Below, piece by piece: positions 1 to 13,042 of a stretch of DNA of 64,000 bases. The notes beneath the pieces are model-generated. The model did no database searches, had not been told where the DNA came from, and saw nothing but the letters and a program-made list of their open reading frames with translations. Numbering within the stretch: position 1 is the stretch's first letter; every line of letters starts with the position of its first letter. The stretch comes from Eledone cirrhosa (taxonomy: Eukaryota), in the NCBI GenBank assembly GCA_964016885.1, contig OZ024741.1:346952001-347016000 (forward strand). The letters run 5' to 3'. A program made the translations under genes and the position numbers.

Positions 1-560
1 AAACATCGCTGTTAATAAACTCAACGAACAGTTAATTATGTCTCTTCCAGGAAATCTTCACACTTTCAAGTCACAATCCCGGATCGCAGTGAAGTGGTGA
101 ACTATACTTCAGAATTTCTCAATTCATTGGAGCCCGCCGGACTACCTCCCCATATATTAGGACTTAAAGTTGGAACTCCTGTAATGCTGTACATGAATCT
201 CGATCCGCCTAGACTGTGCAATGGGACACGACTGGTGGTAAAGAAAGTGATGTCACATGTTATCGAGGCAACAATTCTTTCTGGGTGTGGAAAAGGTAAT
301 GACGTCTTCATTCCAAGAATCCCTCTCATTCCATCGGGAGCAGAATTTCCCTTTTCATTCAGACGCCTGCAATTTCCAATTCGTGTCAATTTTGCAATAT
401 CCATTGGCATAATCCCAAGATCAGACATGTTTCTCACACGGACAATTGTACGTTGGGTGTTCTCGAGTGGGAAGCAGAGGAAACCTTTTCGCATTTGCAC
501 GACGCGCGCGGAAATCAAAGAACGTTGATTACAACGAGGTGTTATAATCAAAAATTTGTT
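1..560 (+). pseudogene. Helitron Pif1-like (SF1) helicase C-terminal fragment, frameshifted
   Basis: Translations NIAVNKLNEQLIMSLPGNLHTFKS, PPHILGLKVGTPVML..NLDPPRLCNGTRLVV, VFIPRIPLIP, FRRLQFPIR and, in a shifted frame near 430-470, CFSHGQLYVGCSRV are canonical Helitron helicase motifs. A hairpin-like cgagcaacgccggg near 812 resembles a Helitron 3' end. Confidence 0.9.
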
Positions 561-879
561 GCTAGCCCAAATCACTTTATTTTGTCTTACGTAAAAGCCG
601 TCAAAGAAGAGATGACCCAATGGTTAACATACGGCCAGACAGTGAAAAGAGTACGACCAAGTCACTCTCAAACGCGATACTACAAAATGTTTTCTGTTCA
701 GTTACTACTGATTCGTTATTATCTATACGTAATAAATAAAATAGATGACTCGATGGCTACTGGCTTATTCCATCCTAGCACTCCTTCTCATTTGGCTTTT
801 TCAAACCAATTTCGAGCAACGCCGGGATTCACCTTCGTACAAACTCATTACATTTTGAAAGTTGTGTCTACTGCGCCCT

Positions 880-2139
880 CTATAAGAGAAAAACCTTCTC
901 AACAAATCATTTTTGTCAATAACTTCTACAGTTTACATCCGATTTCCTTCAAATTTGGAACAAACATGCATTATGTTCCCGACTTTATTTTGGACTCATA
1001 ACATGTTGTGAATATACCCCCTGGACTAGAAAGAAATGAATCGAAAAAATCCGCATCGTTATAACGCATACAATTTGTGACCGATTTCCTTCAAATTTGG
1101 AACAACTATGCCTCATGTACCAAACATTATTTTCAACTAACCGATATTTCGAGTTTTTATCTAATTCGGGCCCTGTGGGAGAAATATTAAATGTTAAAAA
1201 GTATCGACGTCAATATCCACACATACAGATACATATGTGATGAGAGACTGGTGTAGGTAAATGTATATCTGTCTTGTGTGTGTGAATATATGTGAGTGTA
1301 TGTGAGAGTGTGCATGAGTGTATGTGAGAGTGTATGTGTGTGTGAGTGTATGTGTGATAATTGTTATTTTAAAGTTAAACCTCAGAGAATTAAACACACA
1401 TATACATATAGCGTTAGTAAGTTGCATACTCATTATCTTCACACACAGACAATAAAAAACACACACATATCTACGCATACATATATATATATGTGGTGAC
1501 TGACAAGTAATAGGTTTACGTGATTGTATGTGTGTGTGTGTAGGCTTCGTATATGTAATTCTGTGTGTGTCTGTCTTAGTATACGCATGTGAGAGTGTAT
1601 GTGTGTGTGAGTGTATGTGTAAGTGTATGCGTGATAATTTTTATATTCATTTGCATTAAAACAATAGAAAATGACACACCTTTGTTGAATTTTGTATATG
1701 AATATGTTTGTGTCTGTGAGTGTGCGTGTGCGTGCGTTCATTAGGTAGTAATTAAATACACACACACATCTACACATATGTAGCAACTGACCAAAAATGA
1801 GCTGAAAAGTTATGCGTGTGTCTGAATGAATATATGTCTGTGTGTGTCTGTCTTTATATATGTATATGAGAGTGTATGTGTGTGAGTATGTAGCAACAAT
1901 GTATTCATTTGGACACCAAGAAGAAATTATACAATGAATATTGTTTACCCTAAGATGCTTCAACATTGACAGATTTTCATTTCTAAATTCTATTATCATT
2001 ACAATTTTGATATTTTTTAAAATGAATTATAGATATTTTGAAATAATTATGAGGAAAAAAAGCATGTCTTCATATTTATTGTTTCCTAATCTGAATACGA
2101 ACAGCAGTAACCCGGGGAACGCCGGGTAATTCAGGTAGT
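880..2139 (+). mobile_element. Probable non-autonomous Helitron-like element
   Basis: Repeated ccgatttccttcaaatttggaac motif (about 938 and 1081), internal (GT)n blocks, and a 3' GC hairpin cccggggaacgccggg (2110-2126) followed by a degenerate CTAG-like end. The 3' end resembles the one at 31147-31174. Confidence 0.45.
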
Positions 2140-2313
2140 ATATATATATATATATAGTGGAATTGGTGCTCTGAAATAGCGATATATAAATGAATGTATA
2201 TAGAATGTATTTTTCAATACACTCTATGCTTAATTAACAGCATTTTGAAGACGTTACGCTATTCTTTTAAAGTAGTGACTATGTCACTTACTTTTTTTCA
2301 GCAGACAAAGGGA

Positions 2314-2365
2314 GATAAGCTGAGAGATCTCTGTTTCGTACTGTTGGTACTCTTCAGAGCTTACC
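2314..2365 (-). ncRNA. Type I hammerhead ribozyme, stem III slightly degenerate
   Basis: Minus strand: ggtaagct CTGAAGA gtac-caaca-gtac GAAA cagagatctc TC agcttatc. 8-bp stem I, palindromic agagatctct in loop III, position 15.2/16.2 mismatched. Flank 2520-2625 is homologous to 63900-64000 (inverted). Confidence 0.7.
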
Positions 2366-2669
2366 ACTCTCTTTACCTGCTGACAATTATGAATGTTGGA
2401 AACACCTCTTACATAACTACAAAGCTCCGGATTGAATTGCGACAACATCCTAATTTTCTTATCAACCAGAAACTTTCGGACTTTCGTAATTATCTCCCTT
2501 ACACCTCTCGCACGCAATTTATTATTGCCTGTGTGAAGTGATCGTTTCTGCGCATGCGCGTTCGTACGGTTGTCCTTTGTGTTCCGTATAACCATGTCCA
2601 TTACGAGCTGGGGATCCGCTAAGGTCAAACAATTGTTCTAGGTATGGTGAACTAACTGTTGTGTAACCA

Positions 2670-2767
<98 letters not shown>

Positions 2768-2938
2768 AAAGGAACAATTTTTCGCTCTACATGGCTGAAT
2801 ACAATAAATGTAATCTGAGTTTTTCGAACATTAATAATAACATTCGATTCGTTTGCAGTTATGCAAACAAGCCTCTATTTTATAGCCATGTCAGTAGAAT
2901 GAACCCTTCATTTTTGCTCTTTTGTTGGCATGTGAACA

Positions 2939-2988
2939 GAACTGCAGACACTAATGTTTCTGGGTATCACCCTTCATCAGTACAACTC
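2939..2988 (-). ncRNA. Type I hammerhead ribozyme, intact core
   Basis: Minus strand: gagttgta CTGATGA a-gggt-gat-accc-a GAAA cattagtg TC tgcagttc. 8-bp stem I including GU pairs, GUC cleavage triplet. Confidence 0.85.
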
Positions 2989-3667
2989 ATTGTTCACCCG
3001 CCCAACTGTCAGAGCTAGTGGAAATATATGCTATTTTCAAAAATACACAGTGACTGATCGGCCTGATTTACATATTAGCAGACTGGCTGATTAGTCAGCT
3101 CTGCATATTAGCAGATCCACTACAAATTTCTGTAGGCAACCTCGCACTTTTGTAATGTAAGATGGATGTGCGTACACAAAAAGGAAAATGCAATTTACCT
3201 GTTTAGTTTTGCTATACGTAGTCAATTCAACAATCTATCGTAAATATGAATGTTCCACGAAATTCGATAAATCGGTTCAACATGAGTAATCCAATGAGAA
3301 ATATAGAATATATTGGTTATTAGAAAACCAAGTTGCATTTGTTGATTCTCAATTATACATGTTTTAATACTTGAAATACTCATACATGTATTTCATTACA
3401 TTACATAACTTCCGACCTGTGAAATCTGTTCTCATTTATAATCCATTATTTCACACCATACTGTTGTTCAATCGGAACTCTCTCTCATCAATTGCATTAC
3501 AGCATTAGTGCAGTGGAAAATAATGGATTTTATAATTGTACAGGTTTTACAGGTGGGAAGTTACATAATGTATTAAAAGGTGCAAGAGAATCACATGTAT
3601 TAATAAATGTATAATTTAACATCAACAAATGTACCTTGGTTTTTTTAGTATCCTATATATATATATT

Positions 3668-3784
<117 letters not shown>

Positions 3785-4418
3785 TCATTTAAAATTTTAA
3801 ATTTTCACCGATTCATATTGAAAACCTGTCTTCTTTAAAATTAATTCCTCTAGAATTTCCTTCACATACACACAACAACATTCTCGCCCGTTCTCAGATA
3901 CATCAGATTGCACTGATATGCACAAATTATCCAAAATATCTGCTTACGCTAATAAACCGACAATATTATGCATTCAAAGCAAAAAAAAGTAAAGATAGAC
4001 ACTCACATAATGTAAAAACATGTATAGAATGTGAGCATCTTATTTTCTCTTTATTCATAACAGGCATGCCCGCAACAATGCAAAGACTGCACAACAATAG
4101 TCATACTGCAAAAAAAAACCAAAAAAAAACAAAGGCAAACACAAATTTAAATAGACAAAAGCCTACACTGTACAATATAAGATGTTTCATAAACACACAA
4201 ATTCACAAAATATTGGAACACTAACAACGTACATATAAGACGGGAGTCTGACATTTGTTCTTACAGACGACAGTTTAGCATTCTCTGAACATCCGCTCAC
4301 ATCTCTATTGTTTGCTTTAATCTAACGTGCTTTCTCTCTTGCCGTTATTTCCACGACTCTTTTCATATTTACCCAAAAAAGGGCGGATTTCTTCTCAGCA
4401 TTAATTTTATAATCAAGG

Positions 4419-4604
4419 GCGGTGGATTGGCAATATCGGTAGAGGGTCGGACGCCATGCTTTCCAGCATAGTTACGTCCCTTTACGATCTGAGTTCAAAT
4501 CCCGCCGAGGTTGACTTTGCCTTTCATCCTTACGGGGTCGATAAAATAAAGTACCAGTAATGCACTGGATATTTGCTGGCCTTGTGCCTAAAGTAGAAAC
4601 AATT
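4419..4604 (+). mobile_element. tRNA-derived CORE-type SINE (octopus-like family)
   Basis: B-box gagttcaaatccc followed by gccgaggttgactttgcctttcatccttacggggtcgataaaataaagtaccag; at least 8 related copies in the window. Confidence 0.8.
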
Positions 4605-4728
4605 AACTTTATAATCAAGATATACACCGTATCCCATTGTTATGTTGCATTGTGTTTGTTTTTGTTGATTTTTATTTCAACACTGATAAACACACAAACA
4701 TACATGCATTCACACCCATATATACATA

Positions 4729-5017
4729 CACAGTGGGCCAGAATTCATGACTCGCGTGTTTCTTATATTTCTTAACATGCTTATTTTATTGTTATTGCTT
4801 CAATATTAATATTGTTATTGTTTTAATTCATTATTTTATTTCTTAATACGCTAAACAGTGCATTAATTAAATGTGTATATTTGTGTGCTTACCGTATCTT
4901 GTTCATGATCATGCCTGTATATGGTATATATTCCCTAACTTGTTTTATAACATATTGTGTTAATATTGTGTTAATAACCAATAACTAGTCACGTGAGTAA
5001 TGAATTCTGGCCCACCC

Positions 5018-5019
<2 letters not shown>
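4729..5019. mobile_element. Tc1/mariner-type MITE
   Basis: Imperfect ~30-bp TIRs (cacagtgggccagaattcatgactcgcgtg / cacgtgagtaatgaattctggcccacccgg) flanked by TA on both sides. Confidence 0.65.
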
Positions 5020-5085
<66 letters not shown>

Positions 5086-6197
5086 ATAACAAGATATCGT
5101 TGTAGGTAATCCGATTAGAGGTTGTGAATACTTCTCATCATGGATAGTTTCAGCGTACGGCGTTGTATGACTCAACAAGAGGTTTACGTGGATGACGAGC
5201 TTATGATTTCACTTATTTCTTAATAGTCTCCGTACTCTTTTACACATTTATTCATTATATTTATTTATTTATTTATCTATTCATTTATTTATTTATTTAT
5301 TTATTTGTTTCGATGCATATATCTCTATTTTTACTTGCATTCATTCTTGTATTAACGTATATTCATCTGTCCACCCCTCTTGCGTTTATCTACATTGCTC
5401 ATCTGTCTCTCTGTCTTCACTTTTCTATCTTTCCTACGATATCTCTGCTTGGGTATGTTTAGCTGTAATAACTTTTTCCATTCTTCTTCCTTCTCCACCT
5501 CTTTTTCTTTTTCCTTCTTCGTGTTTCTCTGTCTCTTTCGTTTTTTCCATCTTCGTCTTTCTTTTTCTTTTCTACCTTTACTACATCTACCTTTACTTTT
5601 CTTTCTATTTTTTTCTTTATTATTAATATTATTTTGATGTGATAATTTGAATTCGTAAATTTGCCGGTTACGCATATATTTGTATTTTCTCCTCCTTCTT
5701 CTTTCTTCCTCCCTTCCTTTCCATCTGTCCCCCTTCCTTTATTTCTCTCTATATCTTTATTATTAATATTATTATTGATGTGGTAATTTGAATTCGTAAA
5801 TTTGCCGGTTACGCATATATTTTCATATGTTCTCTCGGTATCTGAGGTTAACATGTATATTAAATTAAGTGGCACTGCTTTCAGTGTTTAGCAATTTTTA
5901 GACAACTCTATCAGTGAAACAATTCTTAGACTGTAAATAAATTACCTTGTTTGTACTGTTGACCATGTTATTCTTCACTTTTTCAATTTTATTACTCCCA
6001 GATAAACTATCGTAGGAATACAAGTGAAATCATAAACTCGTCATCCACATAAACCTTCTGATGAGTCATACAACTCCATACGCTGAAACTACCCATGATA
6101 AGAAGTATTCAAAACCTCTATTCGGATTACCTACAACGTTATCCTATATACCAAGCTCCCATTAGGTTGAGCAACCAATTTGACGCACGGTACTAAC

Positions 6198-8579
6198 ATG
6201 GAAAACCACTACATAGGAATGTCCCTAAAAAACATGCCTATACCTACAAATAAGGAATATATGCTCGGTATGATACAAAGAACTAATGACTTTATCCGCA
6301 GGATCAGATGGAAAGCATATCATTACGATACAGGACATCATAATAGTGATAGATGTAACGGATCAACCAGGGAAAAATATGGGTTTTAATCCTGCAAAAA
6401 TCCACCCTGCAACCCACAACTGGGTGCCTTTAAACTTGATCTCATGAACATGATACAATAAATTAAATTCATAAACGAACCCATCACAACAAACTGCAAA
6501 ATAACATCGATGCACTTATAAAAAAATTACGTGCCACCAATGGTATCATTGTAAAGGCAGACAAAACATCTAATGTATACACCATGAGCCTTAATATATA
6601 TAACAATGTTATACGCCTGGAATTACATAAAAAATACATCAATACTACTGAGTCTGCACTCAATAGCATTAACAAGGAAGGTCTTAACATAGTAAAACAA
6701 CTTAAAATATCCGATAGAACCAAACCTCTAACCCCTTGTGAACCCACTTTTATTCTGAAGGATCATAAATGTAACTTCGAAACTACCCCTGCTATTAGAT
6801 TAATATGTCCATCAAAATCAGATATAAGCAGAATTAGTAAGTTTATACTAGATAGAATAATACCACACATTAAGGAACAACTAATAATCAAGCTCTGGTG
6901 TAACACAAATGAAGCAATAGCACATTAGACAATAGAGAATCTTCAGACTTCATACAATTTGACATAAATGACTACTACTCTTCTATTTCCCCAGTCAACC
7001 TTAATAAGTCACTATCCTTTGCGCAAAAAACTCTGATCTTTCAGCAGATGAAATTAAAATAATACTAGCCGCTAGAAGAACAATCATTAAATTCGACAAT
7101 AGCTACTGGGTGCGTAGAAATAGATAGAATAATTTCGATATAACTATGGGATCAAACGACTCAGCCCAGATCACAGACTTGGTTGGAATTTATATAGCAT
7201 ATTTCTTACATAGAGAATTAGATAAACTACAAGGAGGAATCTATAGAGACGATACACTACTTTTAACTAGTAACTTAAATAGTCAAAACTTAGAAAGATT
7301 AAGGAAAAAGATTAGAAAATTATTTAATGATTTAGGCCTTAGCATTACTTTTGAACCCAACTCTAAAAGAGTCAACTTCTTGAACGTATCGTTTAACCTT
7401 ACCTCAGTACTAATAGAACCCTTCCATAAAAATAATGAAAATTTAGCTTACATTGACTATAACTCTAACCACCATAATTAACTCCATAGCACATAGTATA
7501 TCCCTTAGAATATCGCGCCTATCTTCTAACCTGGAAATTGTTAATGAACATGCTAGCTACTACAACTTAGCTTTACTTAAGGCAGGCCATAAAGAGCGAC
7601 TCAAATACATACCAGATACAAACAAATAGCAACACACTTAATATTACCGATACATACCACACCCATAGAAACAACAAAGCTAGGACTAAACGCAAACATT
7701 GGCAGCAAACACGTAGTTTAAATGAACAGATTGCTAATATAAAAACCATTAGTAACCATAGAAGATGCAGAAATAGAAACTACTTATTGTTTAATCCAAT
7801 GTTTAACTCCTCTATCAAAACTAAGCTACCTTTCACTTTCTTCAAGTTAGTTGACAAACGCTTCCCTAAAATACATAAATGTCATAAAATCTTTAATAGA
7901 AAAACTATCAAACTATCATACTCCACTGCCAACAACATAGAATCGACATTCATAAAATTAACTATAAAAGAATTTATAATTCACGTAGCTCTTAAATAAG
8001 TACCATAACACCAAATAGAGTACATAAGCATATTACGTCATCGCAACCAAACGCACGCCAGAGCACACCACCACAATACATCAACAAACCCAATTCGCAG
8101 CCCATACATAATAATCTACAAAACCATATAGTAGAACCGGCGCATAGAAAAGCATCTAAATGTAACTGTCACCTACCTGACAAATGTCCTTTACAAAACA
8201 GATGCCTAGAGACAAATATAGTATATCTATGTACTATAAATACAGGTAGCCTGGCAGGGTATTACATTGGTTCCACATCTGGTGAATTTAAGAAAAGGCG
8301 GTACGTACACAGACATTCTATGATTAACACGAATCTATCGAATACAACAACTCTCGTCAACAAAATCTGGCGACTCAAGAATGCAAACATAGAATATGAG
8401 ATCAGCTGGACAGCACTGTCATAGCAAAGGCCTATCAGACTGGTATGTTCCACTGCAGTCTCTGTAATATGGAAATTTTCCAAATTCTAAATTTCAGCAA
8501 AACCCTTCTTAACATTGAGCGAATTATTTTTTGCCGGCACAAATCAGCAACGAAATTCGAGAACTTTAGACCAACTTAA
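6198..8579 (+). pseudogene. Naiad-like PLE reverse transcriptase + GIY-YIG endonuclease, multiple stops and frameshifts
   Basis: SLKNMPIP..EY, FIRRIRWKA, IRLICPSKSDISRISK, FDITMGSNDSAQITDLVG, GIYRDD, YIDYNSNH, FNPMFN..IKT, KIFNRKTIKLSYS, CNC...KCPLQNRCL, YIGSTSGEF motifs. Confidence 0.9.
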
Positions 8580-9083
8580 TTTCGTCTTTTCTATTCCTTA
8601 TCCCTGATTATACCATTAGGATCTACTACGATATAACATTCTCAGCAACATCTTCACCATTATAATTACCAAAGAACAACATCAAAATCTATTGTATTTA
8701 CATTCCCATTTTATACACCTCTATCTCTATCTTTCGCCCTTTGTCTTGGCATTTCTCTACTTAAACCTATTTCATATCGATCATTTTATCTTATCATATA
8801 ATACATCTTAAACTAATTAATTTACTTATTAAAATAACCAATACACACATAAATATATCCAATAATATTCTATTATCAACTTAACATCTATCTATATATT
8901 TAACATTCATCAAAAACTATTCACAATAATATTATTCTTAATAGTCTCCGTACACGTTTACACATTTATTCATTCTTTTATTTATTTATTTCTCATCTCT
9001 ACTTTTCACATATTATACCGTTTCATATTACATTGGCTGTAATTTATTTATTTACTTATCTATCTATCTATTTATTTTTGTAT

Positions 9084-9114
<31 letters not shown>

Positions 9115-9369
9115 TCCATTTATTTATTTATTTATTTATTTATTTTTGTATTTATTTATTTATATGTTTCTATGCATATATCTCTATTTTTACTTGCATT
9201 CATTCTTGTATATTTGTATTTTCTCCTCCTTCTTCTTTCTTCCTCCCTTCCTTTCCATCTCTCCCCCTTCCTTTATTTCTCTCTATATCTTTACTATTAA
9301 TATTATTATTGATGTGGTAATTTGAATTTGTAAATTTGCCAGTTACGCATATATTTTTATATGTTCTCT

Positions 9370-9468
9370 CAGTATCTGAGGATTTGATGGGGTTAACATG
9401 TATATTAAATTAAGTGGCACTGCTTTCAGTGTTACGACAACTCTATCAGTGAAACACTTCTTAGACTG
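9370..9468 (+). ncRNA. Degenerate type I hammerhead with extended stem II in the 3' pLTR
   Basis: cagtat CTGAGGA t-ttgatggggtt...aactctatcag-t GAAA cacttc TT agactg. 11-bp stem II base with an inner gcactg/cagtgt hairpin; stem III mismatched. A deleted copy lies at about 5836-5933. Confidence 0.6.
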
Positions 9469-9548
9469 TAAATAAGTTTCCTTGATTGTACTGTTGACCA
9501 TGTTATTCTTCACTTTTTCAATCCTATATATATATATATATATCTTTT

Positions 9549-9599
<51 letters not shown>

Positions 9600-9602
9600 C
9601 AA

Positions 9603-9673
<71 letters not shown>

Positions 9674-9796
9674 AAACTTAGACAGAAAGACAAACAGAAA
9701 GGCAGTACAAATAAGAGCTTATTAGGCTCACGCTTTGCTTTGCGAGTGGGGGGGGGGCGACTTAGCGTAGTAGAATCGTTAATAGGAAAATGTTTA

Positions 9797-9891
9797 ACCC
9801 CGACGGCAGAGCTCAAGCCGTCTCGACGGCTGTTTCTGGACTAGATTAGAATTTTTAGCGTGGTAATAAATAGCGGAACTTTTCAAGGAGT
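9797..9891 (-). ncRNA. U3-A8 variant hammerhead, GAAA mutated to GAGA
   Basis: actcc TTGAAAA gtt-ccgctattt...aaacagccg-tc GAGA cggc-ttgagctct-gccg TC ggggt. Confidence 0.6.
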
Positions 9892-10071
9892 AATTCCTTA
9901 TATGGGAAGATTGTAGTTGTTAAAAGGATTCATCAACATTTCTTGTAAACACAATTAAATCTTTCATGACAGTGGGTGGGAGGTGGGGGCGGCTGAACCT
10001 GCCTCTAGAACAATGAGAGAGTGTGTGGAGCTGGTCAAGCGAAGAAAGTGAATTCTATACAGCAAATTTTA

Positions 10072-11370
10072 AACACTCACATCCATCACCGACCTGGAAA
10101 GAAACATCATTCTCCACGCCAGGAAGGCAGTCCTCCTTTTCGACAACTCCAAGGGGATGAACAGAGCTCCCGACTCCCCCTTCGACGTCAGTATGGGCGC
10201 GACGGATTCGGCCGAGGTGACCGATTTTATAGAATTATCCCTACTATATATACTCACAGAAATGTTTCCTGCATTCGGTGGTGGATTGTAACCAGACGAT
10301 TGGCTCCTTACCCTCAAAGGGTACAACCCCAGTAGTACAGACCGGGTCCGTAATCAACTAATCAAATTCTTCCGAGACTGGGGTTTTAAAATCACCCTAC
10401 AAACGTTTCTAACCCGAGTCAATTTCCTAGGCGATACACTTAACCTTTAAAATGATCTCTACTACCCATACATGAAACCAAACGACAGACTTCACTGCAT
10501 CCAGCGCCGCTCTAACCATGATAACAACATCACCAATAACCTGGTCAAAAACACCTCCCTCCACATATCTCGTTTGTCCGCTAATGAGCAGATATTCGAT
10601 GAACTTGCGCCTCATTACAATCAGACCCTCAAGCGAAGCGGCTTTCGGGTGGAAATCTCCTTTTATCCAGCTTCCCTTAGCGGAACCAGCAGGCGATGCC
10701 ACCGCTCACGCCACGTCACGTGGTTGAACCCTCCCCACAATGCCGAAGTGGCAACACCAATCAGGAAAATCTTCTTTAGACTCCTCGAAAAACACTTCCA
10801 ACCACAACACCGCTACCACAACATAATCAACAAAAATACTATCAAACTCTCCTACAGCACCACACCCAACTTCGTACAAAACATCGCCTCCCCAAACAGC
10901 AAGAAACTCAATCCCTATGATAGAAACAAACTAGACATTAGTGGAGAGCCGACCAGGAGGTGTAACTGCACTGATAGATCTACGTGCCCTCTCAACAAGA
11001 GATACCGAGAAGGAAACGTGATCTACCAATTCAACGTGAGGACCGAAACCTCCAACAGAGCCTATATAGGATTAACCGCTTGTGAATTTGAGACCCGGCT
11101 CTACCAACACCGACATACGTTCCGAAACCCGGCCTGGCGAAATGCCACTACGCTTTCGGGCCACATCCAACATAATAACATAACATACAATCTTACTTGG
11201 AGGTTACTGTCCAGGGCTAACGGGAGGACGCCGCCCGTGTAACTTATGTTCGGAGGAAACATTACAAATGCTATTTACGAAGAACCAACTCCTAAACAAA
11301 AGACGAACTTGTAATCGCATGTAAACACCGATTGCGTAGGACTTACCTCACCCTCAAACCCCCTCATGAC
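10072..11370 (+). pseudogene. Naiad-like RT C-terminus + GIY-YIG
   Basis: PFDVSMG, SNH, RHVTWLNPPHN, INKNTIKLSYS, CNCTDRSTCPL, AYIGLTACEFETRLYQHRHTF, TTLSGHI. Confidence 0.88.
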
Positions 11371-11998
11371 CCGGCTTCAACATCCTTCTTCTCCCCACTT
11401 GCCGAACAAGAGAGGGGAAACCCCAACTTACATAGGTAGATGTACTTTTATTTTATTTTATTGTTTTTCCTTTATCTCTTCTTATCACTTCCTTCCACTC
11501 CCTCTCCCCTTCCTTTTCCTTTTTCCTCTTTCGCCTACCCCGAGGCAGCCCCTTGGGCTTTTGTAGCCTCAGTACCCCCACCCCAGTAAATTATATATAG
11601 CATTGGCCGAAAACGCAATACCAACTAAAAATATAGTAGCTGATTTAGACTCTAGAGATTTTTTTCATTACTTTTTACTATTTAATTTCATTATTTTTAC
11701 TTTTTTTATTTATTATCTTTTAATCTCAATTTATTTATTTCTATAACGTCCCAGTCTGAAATTCGCCCAGAATCCTTTTTTGCCTGCTTCCCAACTAGCC
11801 TAATTTCATGCACACTCCTTAGAATTTGCTGTATAGAATTCACTTTCTCCGCTTGACCGGCTCCACCCACTCCCTCATAGTTCTACAGGCAAGTTCAGCC
11901 ACCCCACCTCCCACCCACTGTCATGAAAGTTTTAATTGGGTTTACAAGAAATTTTGAACAATCCATTTGACAACTACAATCTTCCCATATAAGGAATT

Positions 11999-12093
11999 AC
12001 TGCTTGAAAAGATCGGCTATTTATTACCACGCTAAAAATTCTAATTTAGTCCAGAAATAACCCTCGACACGGCTTGACCTCTGCCGTCGGGGT
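11999..12093 (+). ncRNA. U3-A8 variant hammerhead, GAAA mutated to GACA
   Basis: actgc TTGAAAA gat-cggctattt...aaataaccc-tc GACA cggc-ttgacctct-gccg TC ggggt. Confidence 0.6.
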
Positions 12094-12294
12094 TAAACAT
12101 TTTCCTATATATATATAGGAACGATCGACTTTCGTCAAATCGGACCGAGGGAACAATGTTTCCGTTGGTCTTTCCAATTGCTAATACTATCTATCGGTCG
12201 CAACTCCAGGTAGAACGCCTTCACTTATAACAATATATATATGTATATATATATATACATATATTTAAGTGTGTATGTATGCGTGTGCATGTTT

Positions 12295-12326
<32 letters not shown>

Positions 12327-12882
12327 TGTTATACTTTGGGAATGGAATGATGTTAATGAAGTCAAATCCATCATTTCATCCGTTTTTTAGAATATGGTAG
12401 TCTGGGGGTTTCAAAGGGATCTTATCTGCTTCTGCCTTTTTTTACATCTCAGGTACGTAATCCATACTTCGAATATATTAATAACCAGATGTTTATTTAT
12501 TTTTCTAAGCCATATATATCAAATGACTAAGCTTCCTTGAATAAATAACATAAAATCAATATGACTTGGACGCAGAGAACAGAAAGAACAGTCATTCAAG
12601 AGCTCACATAATTTGTGACGAAGTAGCTTGACAAATAACTAAAGCATCCGTTTACTAAACTTAGCTTGGATTGGAATATTTATCTGGATAGTAAAAGAAG
12701 AAAAAAAATTTGAATTTCAAAAGTTTCTTTGAGTTGGCAGCAGGTCAATCCCCACAATGACACTGGAAAGCAACACTGTAAGCCTTGGATATCTCACATT
12801 TGATAGTAGTCTCTTGCTGTCTATAAGCAGAGATATCTGCCTGCAACTTGAGTTGATCAGGATATACTGAAATCAATTCTTG

Positions 12883-13042
12883 AAACTTGTGTGCTATTGC
12901 TCTTTCATGTAGTCGAAAGTTTAGAGATCCTTTTATCTAAATATCTCTTACCGTACCACATTTTATAAGGACAGGTCTTACCAATCATGTTTAGCGAATC
13001 CCCAACCAGAGCATTATTTGCATACAATCTCATCAGAAGTTT
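12883..13042 (-). ncRNA. Degenerate hammerhead-like motif with long stem II
   Basis: aaactt CTGATGA ...~125 nt... GAAA gagc-aata-gcac AC aagttt. Perfect 6-bp stem I in exact register, but U16.1 is mutated. Confidence 0.4.

Larger units (their letters stand above)
5082..9526 (+). mobile_element. Near full-length Naiad-like Penelope element: inverted 5' segment, partial tandem pLTR, ORF and 3' pLTR, in (TA)n
   Basis: 5216-5987 is a direct repeat of 8935-9521, and 5082-5215 is an inverted copy of 6022-6148. Both ends run CCTATA into (TA)n arrays. Confidence 0.88.
9670..12108 (+). mobile_element. 5'-truncated Naiad-like PLE with ~290-bp inverted pLTR
   Basis: 9782-10071 is the reverse complement of 11818-12108, with an extra tail at 9670-9781. 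(TA)n lies on both sides. Confidence 0.88.

Noticed and set aside
5352-5875. Lys/Glu-rich ORFs
   Set aside because: They are the reverse strand of a pyrimidine-rich pLTR sequence.
9925-9970. SECIS-like AUGA..AA..UGA hairpin in the Naiad pLTR (some Naiads encode selenoproteins)
   Set aside because: Helix II is only about 6 bp, the 3' UGA is not conserved in the 23480-23530 copy, and no in-frame TGA at Cys positions was seen in the Naiad ORFs.
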